64,000 bases of DNA from an uncultured Pedobacter sp. (GTDB lineage Bacteria; Bacteroidota; Bacteroidia; Sphingobacteriales; Sphingobacteriaceae). This document shows positions 17,170 to 25,287 of this stretch, piece after piece. The translations under genes were made by a program, and so were the position numbers. The DNA is taken from positions 28,152-92,151 of the forward strand of contig CBFGOI010000003.1 of the NCBI GenBank assembly GCA_965650335.1, in the 5' to 3' direction. The notes beneath the pieces are model-generated. The model was not told the DNA's origin. It saw nothing but the letters and a program-made list of their open reading frames with translations, and did not search any database. The stretch's first letter is position 1. Each line of letters opens with the position of its first letter.

Positions 17170-19102
17170 GTTTAGCAAATACTTTGCTCGTAATAAAAAA
17201 GAGAACTATGTGAGACTTTCTGATGAAGAGCGTTTGCAAATCATTGAAAAATCTTCAAAACAGGTATCTCGCGGAGTTTTTTATTCTACCGTAATAATTA
17301 TCACCTCATTTCTACCGGTTTTTTTATTAACCGGCCAGGAGGGTAAGCTTTTTCATCCGCTGGCATACACCAAAACCTTCATTTTGATGATTGATGCTTT
17401 GCTGGTGGTAACGCTTGCACCGGTTCTGATTTCATTTTTTATGAAAGGACGCTTTCGCATGGAATATGAAAATCCCATTAACCGAAAACTGGAAAGCTTT
17501 TATGAGCCATTAATCCGTACTTGTATAAAACATCGCAAAACTACTATAGGCATAAATATTCTAGCCGTTCTTATTAGCATTCCATTGCTTATGAGTATGG
17601 GCAGAGAGTTTATGCCGCCGTTGGATGAACAGTCGATTTTGTTTATGCCAGTTACTTTGCCCGATGTTTCCAATGCAGAAATCAAACGAATTCTACAGGT
17701 ACAAGATCGAATCATAAAATCTGTTCCCGAAGTAGATAAAGTTTTAGGGAAAGCGGGACGTGCGAGTACAGCTACCGATAACTCGCCTATCAGCATGATA
17801 GAAACCATGATTTCATTGAAGCCAAAGAGCGAATGGCGGCCGGGCCTTACAAAAAAAGATCTGATCAAGGAACTGGATCAAAAGCTTCAGATTCCCGGTG
17901 TGGTAAATGGCTGGACACAGCCTATTATTAACCGGATAAATATGCTTTCAACGGGTATTCGCACAGATGTGGGGGTTAAAGTTTACGGACAGGATTTACA
18001 GCAAATAGACAAAGTGTCAAAGCAGGTGCACTCCCTTTTACAAGGTATCGATGGCGTGAAGGATATTTACGTAGAACCCGTTACAGGGGGTAAATATCTG
18101 GAGATCGATATTCAACGAGATCAGTTGGAGCGCTACGGTTTAACTGTTGAAGATGTAAATTCTACTGTTGAAACCGCTATCGGAGGCGCTCCATTCGCGA
18201 CAACAGTAGAGGGGCGTCGCCGGTTTAACATCAGTCTGCGGTTAGGACAGGATTATCGTAACAGTATCGAACGCTTAAAACGGATTCCCTTGAATTCCCC
18301 TGATGCGGGAGTAGTTCCGCTTTCGTCTGTTACCGAGATCCGTTTTGTAAATGGTCCGCCCATGATTACTTCCGAAAACGCCATTTTACGAGGGGCGGTA
18401 ATGTTTAACGTTCGCGACAGAGATTTGGGGAATACGGTTCAGGAAGCGATTTTAAAGCTTAACAAGCAGCTTCAATTACCGAATGGTGCTTTCATAGAAT
18501 GGAGTGGTCAGTATGAAAACTTAATTCGTGGACAGCAGACATTGGTTTTCATCGCTCCTATTGTTCTATTGATCATTTTCTTATCTCTTTATCTCGCTTT
18601 TAAATCCTTACGGGAAGCCTTTTTGAGTTTGATAACCATTCCATTTGCATTGATCGGTGGCGCCTACCTTGTTTACTTCTGGGGCGTGAATCTTTCGGTA
18701 GCAGTAGCTGTTGGGTTCATTGCTTTGTTTGGTATTGCAGTAGAAACCGGAGTTGTGATGGTAATATATTTAAATGATGCTATGAGCCGGCTGGTAGCTT
18801 TGAAAGGAAATTCCAGAGATACGATCACCAACGACGACCTTAGGGAATATGTGATTGCCGGCGCTGCAAAACGTCTTCGTCCAAAGATTATGACGGTTTG
18901 CGTAGCCCTGTTCGGACTAATTCCGGTGCTGTGGTCGCAGGGAGTGGGAAGTGATGTAATGCAGCCAATTGTGCTGCCTATGATTGGCGGGGTATTGACT
19001 TCTTCCATCCATATTTTGATTGTTACACCACTTATATTTTTAATGACAAAAGAATACGAATTGAACAAATTTGGAAAAATGGAGGTGCACAATGGACATT
19101 AA
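17159..19102 (+). CDS. cusA: CusA/SilA-type heavy-metal RND permease, C-terminal part (TM5-TM12)
   Basis: SFLPVFLLTGQEGKLFHPLAYTK, FMPPLDEQSILFMPVTLP, SPISMIET, RINMLSTGI, GIAVETGVVM and LRPKIMT. Confidence 0.88.
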   Translation: MLNKFSKYFARNKKENYVRLSDEERLQIIEKSSKQVSRGVFYSTVIIITSFLPVFLLTGQEGKLFHPLAYTKTFILMIDALLVVTLAPVLISFFMKGRFRMEYENPINRKLESFYEPLIRTCIKHRKTTIGINILAVLISIPLLMSMGREFMPPLDEQSILFMPVTLPDVSNAEIKRILQVQDRIIKSVPEVDKVLGKAGRASTATDNSPISMIETMISLKPKSEWRPGLTKKDLIKELDQKLQIPGVVNGWTQPIINRINMLSTGIRTDVGVKVYGQDLQQIDKVSKQVHSLLQGIDGVKDIYVEPVTGGKYLEIDIQRDQLERYGLTVEDVNSTVETAIGGAPFATTVEGRRRFNISLRLGQDYRNSIERLKRIPLNSPDAGVVPLSSVTEIRFVNGPPMITSENAILRGAVMFNVRDRDLGNTVQEAILKLNKQLQLPNGAFIEWSGQYENLIRGQQTLVFIAPIVLLIIFLSLYLAFKSLREAFLSLITIPFALIGGAYLVYFWGVNLSVAVAVGFIALFGIAVETGVVMVIYLNDAMSRLVALKGNSRDTITNDDLREYVIAGAAKRLRPKIMTVCVALFGLIPVLWSQGVGSDVMQPIVLPMIGGVLTSSIHILIVTPLIFLMTKEYELNKFGKMEVHNGH

Positions 19103-20561
19103 GAGAATTAGGTCATTAGTTTATAGTTCATTAGTTTATAGTTCAATAGTAAGTTTAGTTAAGGCGCTTAATCTCGCCTTATGTTTCCCTTTTTCTTTGG
19201 GGCGAAGTGTTGGGGATGAGGGGTATTCGTATTCATCTCAAAGTCCCCTCACCCTTAATCCCTCTCCCCGGGGAGAGGGGGTTGGCGCTTTATGCAAGAA
19301 ACTTTATGAGGGAATCTCTTTAAAGCCTGGTCTTTCTTTGATTGTGTTGTGTATGCTTAGTCTCAATATTTCAGCGCAGCAAGGCATGAGCCTGCCGGAA
19401 ATACTGAAAGAAATTGAAGCGAACAATCCATCTCTCAAAACATATGAATATCAGGCGAAAAGTCAGGAAGCAAAGGTCGAGGGTGCGGGCGCATGGATGC
19501 CACCAATGATAGGGGCGGGAACCTTTATGACGCCTTACCCCGGTCAGGGCATGATTGAAGAAGGCGATAAAGGCGCTCTTATGATTTCTGCAGAGCAGGA
19601 TATTCCCAATCCCGCTAAGGTAAAGGCACGGAGAGAATATCTCAATACTTTGGCGGAAACCTATACCCTGGGCCGGTCTGAGCGTTTTAATGAATTGCGA
19701 AGCAGGGCGAGACAGCTTTATTTCGATTTAATCATAGCATCTAAAAAGCAAAAGTTTCAACGCGAGAACAAGCAGATCATGCAAACAATGAAAAAGCTTG
19801 CAGATATTCGCTATCCCTATAACCAGGGAAAACTGAATGAGGTTTTTAAGGCAGAAGGTCGGCTTGCTGAAGCAGATAATATGTTGCTAATGACCGAGGG
19901 ACGGATCAAATCGGATAAAATGGTATTAAATGCCTTGATGAACCGCCCTGCGACCGCATTATTGGAAATTGATACCACTTTGAAAGTGTCGTTTACTCCC
20001 CTCGCTGGTCTCGATTCAACCTATTTGGTCGATGTGCGCAGCGATCTGCGACATATGCAGCATAATATTCATTCGATGCAGGCAAATATTAATCAAATGC
20101 GGCAGCAGGCAAAGCCCGATTTTCGAATCCGCTTCGATCATGCAGCCAATTATTCGGCGATGATGCCAAGTCAGTTTACCCTTATGGGGATGCTCTCCAT
20201 CCCAATCGTTCCATGGTCATCAAAAATGTACAAATCGGAAATTAAATCGATGAATTTTGAAATTGATGCCATGCGTCAGCAAACTGAAGGAATGGTTACA
20301 GAAATGCTTGCCATGGCTAAATCTATGTCGGTCGAACTCACATCGATGGAGCAGCAGCTTAAAGGATATGAAACGAGGATATTGCCCGCTTTGAAGAAGA
20401 GCCTTGATGTTTCGATGCTTTCTTACCAGGAGAATAAAATGGATTTGAGCGAAGTGATTATCAGCTGGGAAGCACTGAACATGACCCAGATGAATTACCT
20501 GGATGCTTTGCAGCGATATTATAAAATGATTACAGATTATGAAAAGAGCATTGAAAGATAA
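19092..20561 (+). CDS. TolC/CusC-like outer membrane efflux factor with a long N-terminal extension
   Basis: EIEANNPSL, coiled-coil OEP repeats, RQQAKPDFRIRF and YQENKMDLSEVI. ATG at 19092 overlaps the cusA-C stop. Confidence 0.82.
   Translation: MDIKRIRSLVYSSLVYSSIVSLVKALNLALCFPFSLGRSVGDEGYSYSSQSPLTLNPSPRGEGVGALCKKLYEGISLKPGLSLIVLCMLSLNISAQQGMSLPEILKEIEANNPSLKTYEYQAKSQEAKVEGAGAWMPPMIGAGTFMTPYPGQGMIEEGDKGALMISAEQDIPNPAKVKARREYLNTLAETYTLGRSERFNELRSRARQLYFDLIIASKKQKFQRENKQIMQTMKKLADIRYPYNQGKLNEVFKAEGRLAEADNMLLMTEGRIKSDKMVLNALMNRPATALLEIDTTLKVSFTPLAGLDSTYLVDVRSDLRHMQHNIHSMQANINQMRQQAKPDFRIRFDHAANYSAMMPSQFTLMGMLSIPIVPWSSKMYKSEIKSMNFEIDAMRQQTEGMVTEMLAMAKSMSVELTSMEQQLKGYETRILPALKKSLDVSMLSYQENKMDLSEVIISWEALNMTQMNYLDALQRYYKMITDYEKSIER
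19113..19150 (+). repeat. 15-nt tandem repeat (2 perfect copies plus a partial) inside the OMF coding frame
   Basis: tcattagtttatagt at 19113-19127 and 19128-19142, then tcaatagt. Encodes SLVYS-SLVYS-SIV. Confidence 0.85.
19212..19279. repeat. REP-like palindromic element inside the OMF coding frame
   Basis: ggggatgagggg ... cccctcaccc, followed by the perfect 20-bp palindrome ccctctccccggggagaggg (19260-19279). Confidence 0.7.
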
Positions 20562-21867
20562 ATCTGCATTCACCATGATTTGCTTTGTGTTACTCTTGCT
20601 TTTTAGTTGTAGAGATAAAGCACACCAAGACGATACAAATTCAGCGACGAAATATACCTGTCCTATGCATCCACAAATTATTTCGGATAAGCCGGGTACC
20701 TGTCCCATTTGCCATATGGAGCTGGTTCCGCTAAAGGCAGCGGCTTCGCATAATGTTGCCGACACGAGTCTTGAAAGTTTAGTCAAACCCACCAATCAAC
20801 TGGTACTTTCTGAAATTAGAACTGTGAAACCATCAGAAGGGGTGCGCACAGCAGATGTAAGAATCCAGGGAATTATAAATTACGATTCCAATAATCGGAA
20901 CGTTATTTCGAGTCGGGTAGGCGGGAGGATTGAGCGATTGTACGTTAAATATAACTATCAAAGCGTCAGCAAGGGGCAAAAGCTGATGGATATTTATAGT
21001 CCTGATTTAGCGAATGCACAACAAGAACTGCTTTACCTGAAGAATAGCGGCGACAAAAACCTTTTAGACGCGGCAAAAATGAAGTTGCGCTTACTTGGAG
21101 CTTCTGACCAACAAATTAATACCCTGCTCAGAACTGGAAAGCTGGACTATACCTTTTCCGTTTATAGTCCGTATTCCGGCTATGTATCCGAACAATCGGG
21201 AGCAGTAGCTGCCGAGACTGCATATAGCTCTGGTACAGTGATTACTGAAAGTTCGGGTTCTTCGATGGGCGAAATGGGTGGAAATAGTGCTTCTGTTGCA
21301 TCAAAATTGCCGACGGTTAAAACAAACTCGCCTCTGCAATTGCGGGAGGGGCAATATATTAGCCAAGGGCAAAAAATATTCGACCTTATAAAGGCTTCTT
21401 CAGTCTGGGCCGAGTTTTTTGCCAGCGCCGAACAGTTGAACTATTTGAAGCGCGAAACTCCTGTGCAGGTAACTGCGCTTGATAACCCGGCACAAAGTAC
21501 TCTATCCAAAATCAGCCTGATCCAGCCTTATTACAGCGAGGGCGCTACATTTTCTCTGGTAAGATCGAAAGTAAATAATTCGGGCAAGCAATGGAAGGTA
21601 GGACAGCTGGTCGAAGTTAAAACAGATGTGGATAGTAAATTTGGGAGCTGGCTTCCCCGAAGTTCAGTTCTGCACTTGGGGTCGAAGTATGTCGCTTTTG
21701 TAAAGAATGAGGGACATTTCATTCCTGTTTATGTAAGAATAACCGAACGGAGAGGCGACTGGGTGGAGATTGGCGAAAGCTTGCCGAAAGATGCGAATGT
21801 TGCAGTAAATGCCTGGTTTTTGGTAGACAGTGAGAGTTTTGTGAAGGTAGATAGTTTGAAGATGTAG
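20539..21867 (+). CDS. cusB: RND periplasmic adaptor (CusB-like) with an N-terminal heavy-metal-binding domain
   Basis: Lipobox LLLLFS-C, YTCPMHPQIISDKPGTCPICHMELV, SRVGGRIERLYV, MDIYSPDLANAQQELL and YSPYSG. Confidence 0.88.
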   Translation: MKRALKDKSAFTMICFVLLLLFSCRDKAHQDDTNSATKYTCPMHPQIISDKPGTCPICHMELVPLKAAASHNVADTSLESLVKPTNQLVLSEIRTVKPSEGVRTADVRIQGIINYDSNNRNVISSRVGGRIERLYVKYNYQSVSKGQKLMDIYSPDLANAQQELLYLKNSGDKNLLDAAKMKLRLLGASDQQINTLLRTGKLDYTFSVYSPYSGYVSEQSGAVAAETAYSSGTVITESSGSSMGEMGGNSASVASKLPTVKTNSPLQLREGQYISQGQKIFDLIKASSVWAEFFASAEQLNYLKRETPVQVTALDNPAQSTLSKISLIQPYYSEGATFSLVRSKVNNSGKQWKVGQLVEVKTDVDSKFGSWLPRSSVLHLGSKYVAFVKNEGHFIPVYVRITERRGDWVEIGESLPKDANVAVNAWFLVDSESFVKVDSLKM

Positions 21868-21941
21868 GCGTTTGTATGCAAAAGTCGATATATATATTTA
21901 AACACATCATGGCTGTAGCAATGATTATTAAATAGATTGAA

Positions 21942-23144
21942 ATGAAATTTAAAAAATTAAATATTCTTGGATTCCTGTTTTTGTGTATAGCGGTATTATG
22001 GCTCCCCGCTTGCGGCGGCGACAATCATTCAGGCGACCACCAGAAAGCTAAAACTGAGGCAAAATACACATGCCCCATGCATCCACAAATAGTACAAAGC
22101 CACCCGGGAAACTGCCCGATTTGCGGCATGGAGCTAGTCCTGATGAAAGATACAGGAAAGGAAATGTCGCTTATGCTAAACGAAAGTCAGATTCAATTGG
22201 CCAATATACAGACCATTAAAGTGGGCTCCTCGAACTTCAATACGTCGAAGATCCTGAATGGCCGCATCGTAACAAACCCTATGCAAACCGAATTGATATC
22301 AAGCCGTATGGCGGGCCGCATCGAACAGCTTTTTGTTAAAGAAACCGGAAGGAAGATCATAAAAGGCGAGCCCCTGTTCAAGGTTTACAGTGAGCAGTTA
22401 CAAGTATTGCAGCAAGATTATTTGCTGCAGATAAAACAGGTGGCGGCTTTTCCGGGAGAAAAAATATATCAGTCTTTAAGGGAGGCTGCTCGAAATAAGT
22501 TAAAACTATTCGGGTACTCTGATGCTCAGATTAGTGCTTTGGCTAAGCGAAACCGTGTGTCGCCATTGGTTACCATGTATGCTTCAGCATCGGGAATCGT
22601 TAATGAAATTAACGTATCAGAGGGACAGTACATCCCGGAAGGAAGTCCGGTTCTACGTTTAGAGAATTATGATCGTTTATGGATCGAAGCAGATGTTTAT
22701 CCTTCAGAAATTAATCAGGTCGCTCTTGGATCAAACCTAAAAGTCGTTGTAAATGGATTATCAGATTTAAGCCAAAATGCAAAGGTCGACTTTATCAGTC
22801 CCGCTTTAGATCCTTCAACTCAACGTTTAACTATTCGTGCGTCTATTGATAATTCTGCAGGTAAAATCCAGCCTGGTATGCAGGCAAATGTATATTTATC
22901 TACCGGAAATGTTTCAAATGTTGTTAGTTTACCAATAGAATCTGTACTTCGGGATGAAAATGGAGCCTACGTTTGGATAAAAACCGCTGCAAATTCTTTC
23001 ACCTCCCGGCAAGTTATTACCGGGGCAGAAGATGCAAACAATATAATTATTACGTCAGGAATTTCTGGCGGCGAAGAAATAGTCACAAGAGGTGCATATT
23101 TGCTGCATAGCGAGCTGACTCTGAAACGAGGAACAAGTCTTTAA
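21942..23144 (+). CDS. cusB: Second RND periplasmic adaptor (CusB-like) with an N-terminal heavy-metal-binding domain
   Basis: Lipobox WLPA-C, YTCPMHPQIVQSHPGNCPICGMELV, SRMAGRIEQLFV, LWIEADVY and IQPGMQA. Confidence 0.88.
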   Translation: MKFKKLNILGFLFLCIAVLWLPACGGDNHSGDHQKAKTEAKYTCPMHPQIVQSHPGNCPICGMELVLMKDTGKEMSLMLNESQIQLANIQTIKVGSSNFNTSKILNGRIVTNPMQTELISSRMAGRIEQLFVKETGRKIIKGEPLFKVYSEQLQVLQQDYLLQIKQVAAFPGEKIYQSLREAARNKLKLFGYSDAQISALAKRNRVSPLVTMYASASGIVNEINVSEGQYIPEGSPVLRLENYDRLWIEADVYPSEINQVALGSNLKVVVNGLSDLSQNAKVDFISPALDPSTQRLTIRASIDNSAGKIQPGMQANVYLSTGNVSNVVSLPIESVLRDENGAYVWIKTAANSFTSRQVITGAEDANNIIITSGISGGEEIVTRGAYLLHSELTLKRGTSL

Positions 23145-23163
23145 ATAAGTATAAACTAATAGT

Positions 23164-23697
23164 ATGAAAATGAACACAATCCTAATTAGCAGTCTGGCTG
23201 TGCTTTTTGCAGTGTCAACCGCATGTCAATCAGAAACAACAAACAAAACTGCTACAGAACAACACGACGATCATGAGCAGGAAACTGCAGTAGTCGAAGC
23301 AGGTAATCCTGAATTTAAAGATGAATCGTCAAATGCCGTTTATCAGCATTACATTCATCTAAAAACGGCCTTGGTTAATTCTGATGTTAAAGAAGCTCAG
23401 GCCGGGGCATTGGCTTTAAAAGCAGCATTAACTAGTGTCGGCAGCAAGAAAGGCGCAGATGTTGCTTCTAAAATCGCCGCTTCTTCCGATATTAAACAAC
23501 AACGCAATGACTTGAATGCCTTAACCATCGAGGTTGAAACGGTGATTAAAAAAACAGGACTTAAATCGGGGAAAATCTACAAGCAATATTGCCCGATGGC
23601 AGATGCATATTGGTTAGCCAGCGAAAAAGAGATTAGGAATCCGTATTATGGTAATGATATGTTGAATTGCGGAGAAGTTAAGGGAGAAATAAAATAA
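23164..23697 (+). CDS. DUF3347-domain lipoprotein (metal-efflux associated)
   Basis: Lipobox VSTA-C, HDDHE, YQHYIHLKTALV, QYCPMA-x-x-x-WL and NPYYGNDMLNCG. Confidence 0.82.
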   Translation: MKMNTILISSLAVLFAVSTACQSETTNKTATEQHDDHEQETAVVEAGNPEFKDESSNAVYQHYIHLKTALVNSDVKEAQAGALALKAALTSVGSKKGADVASKIAASSDIKQQRNDLNALTIEVETVIKKTGLKSGKIYKQYCPMADAYWLASEKEIRNPYYGNDMLNCGEVKGEIK

Positions 23698-23702
23698 TCG
23701 GA

Positions 23703-23735
23703 AAAGTCCCGGAAAGCTCAGCATTCCGGGACTTT
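23703..23735 (+). terminator. Intrinsic terminator of the efflux operon
   Basis: 12-bp stem aaagtcccggaa / ttccgggacttt, 5 nt after the DUF3347 stop. Confidence 0.7.
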
Positions 23736-24196
23736 ATTGATGATTCATCACAATTCATTCACTTACTGTTTTCTGGACGCGATGGAAACATAGGATCTGT
23801 TAAATATCAGGCCTGTAATAGCAAGAGCTCCTCCTCATCGACATACAATGTGAAAATTCTTACATGCTGAAAATATTCTATTCTTTAACCTCTTAGCCAT
23901 TCAACCACCAAACTGAGAATGTTAAACATATGTTAAATGATCCGCGAAGTATTGAATTCCTATGCATCCCTGCGAAGACAGAATCAGACTGGATACATTA
24001 AAACAAGAACACATTTTGCCAGTTTTCTAGCTCGAAAAGAGCCTAATATTCTTTCAATTTTTTTTTCATGTACATAAAAGGCCGGCATACAAATTGCGGG
24101 CTTAACAGGCCTTAAACATGACAGTCCATGACAGATGTAAGCCCTTACTTTTCTATTTTTAGAGCCTATTAACTTTAAACAAATAAACCTCAGTAC

Positions 24197-25270
24197 ATGC
24201 AAGCAATTTTAGGTGTTATTTTTCACTTTATCGGCGGATTCGCCTCAGGTAGTTTTTACATTCCTTACAAAAAGGTAAAAGGTTGGGCATGGGAAAGTTA
24301 CTGGATCGTGGGTGGAATTTTCTCTTGGTTTATTGTACCTCCATTAGCTGCATATTTAACAATTCCCGGCTATTTGGATATCATAAAAAATACTGATGGT
24401 GGCATATTAGGTCTTACCTATTTCTTCGGGGTTTTATGGGGAATTGGAGGCTTAACCTATGGTCTGGGTGTTCGGTATTTGGGCGTGGCCCTGGGTAGTT
24501 CTATTATATTAGGACTTTGTTCTGTTTTCGGTGCACTTATCCCTTCTATTTATTATGATTTCAACCCGAGTCCGGGAAAAGATACATTCACCGACCTGAT
24601 TAGTTCAACATGGGGACAGATGGTGCTGATTGGCGTTTTGGTATGTGTAATCGGAATAATCATTTGCGGTAAAGCCGGTTCGATGAAGGAGAAAGATCTG
24701 GCCGCAGAAAATAAGGCAAATAATATTGAATTTAAAATTGGCTTAGGTCTTTTTGTATCTATTGTTTCAGGTATCCTTAGCGCTTGTTTTGCCTTTGGTA
24801 TAGATGCGGGAAAAGATATGGCTCATATTGCCAATGATGTGTGGAAAGCTGCTAACCCTGGTGAAGGTGAATTCTTGTTCCAGAATAATGTTACCTATGT
24901 GGTTATTCTTTGGGGTGGTTTAACAACAAACCTAATCTGGTGTATGATACTGAATGCACGTAACAAAACGTTCTCCGATTACGGTAATAAGAAGGTTCCG
25001 CTTCTTAAGAATTATTTATTCTCAGCGCTAGCTGGTACAACCTGGTTCCTGCAGTTCTTCTTCTACGGTATGGGCGAAAGTAAACTGGGTAACGGGCCAA
25101 GTTCGTGGATCTTACACATGGCCTTTATAATCCTTGTGGCAAACACATGGGGTTTGGCGTTAAATGAATGGAAAGGCGTACGTAAAGCTACGCTAACAAC
25201 AGTAATAGTAGGTATTATCGCTATAATTCTCTCAATTTTAATTGTAGGATATGGCAACTCATTAAAATAA
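24197..25270 (+). CDS. rhaT: L-rhamnose/H+ symporter
   Basis: SGSFYIPYKKVKGWAWESYW, LWGIGGLTYGL and WFLQFFFYGMG; about 10 TM segments. Confidence 0.95.
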   Translation: MQAILGVIFHFIGGFASGSFYIPYKKVKGWAWESYWIVGGIFSWFIVPPLAAYLTIPGYLDIIKNTDGGILGLTYFFGVLWGIGGLTYGLGVRYLGVALGSSIILGLCSVFGALIPSIYYDFNPSPGKDTFTDLISSTWGQMVLIGVLVCVIGIIICGKAGSMKEKDLAAENKANNIEFKIGLGLFVSIVSGILSACFAFGIDAGKDMAHIANDVWKAANPGEGEFLFQNNVTYVVILWGGLTTNLIWCMILNARNKTFSDYGNKKVPLLKNYLFSALAGTTWFLQFFFYGMGESKLGNGPSSWILHMAFIILVANTWGLALNEWKGVRKATLTTVIVGIIAIILSILIVGYGNSLK

Positions 25271-25287
25271 AAGTTAAAATTTAATTT

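Noticed and set aside
19113-19150. Direct repeats considered as CRISPR, att sites or phase-variable invertible repeats (also 28850-29012 and the duplicated susC leaders)
   Set aside because: There is no repeat-spacer periodicity, no cas, integrase or recombinase gene, and the susC leaders are in direct rather than inverted orientation.
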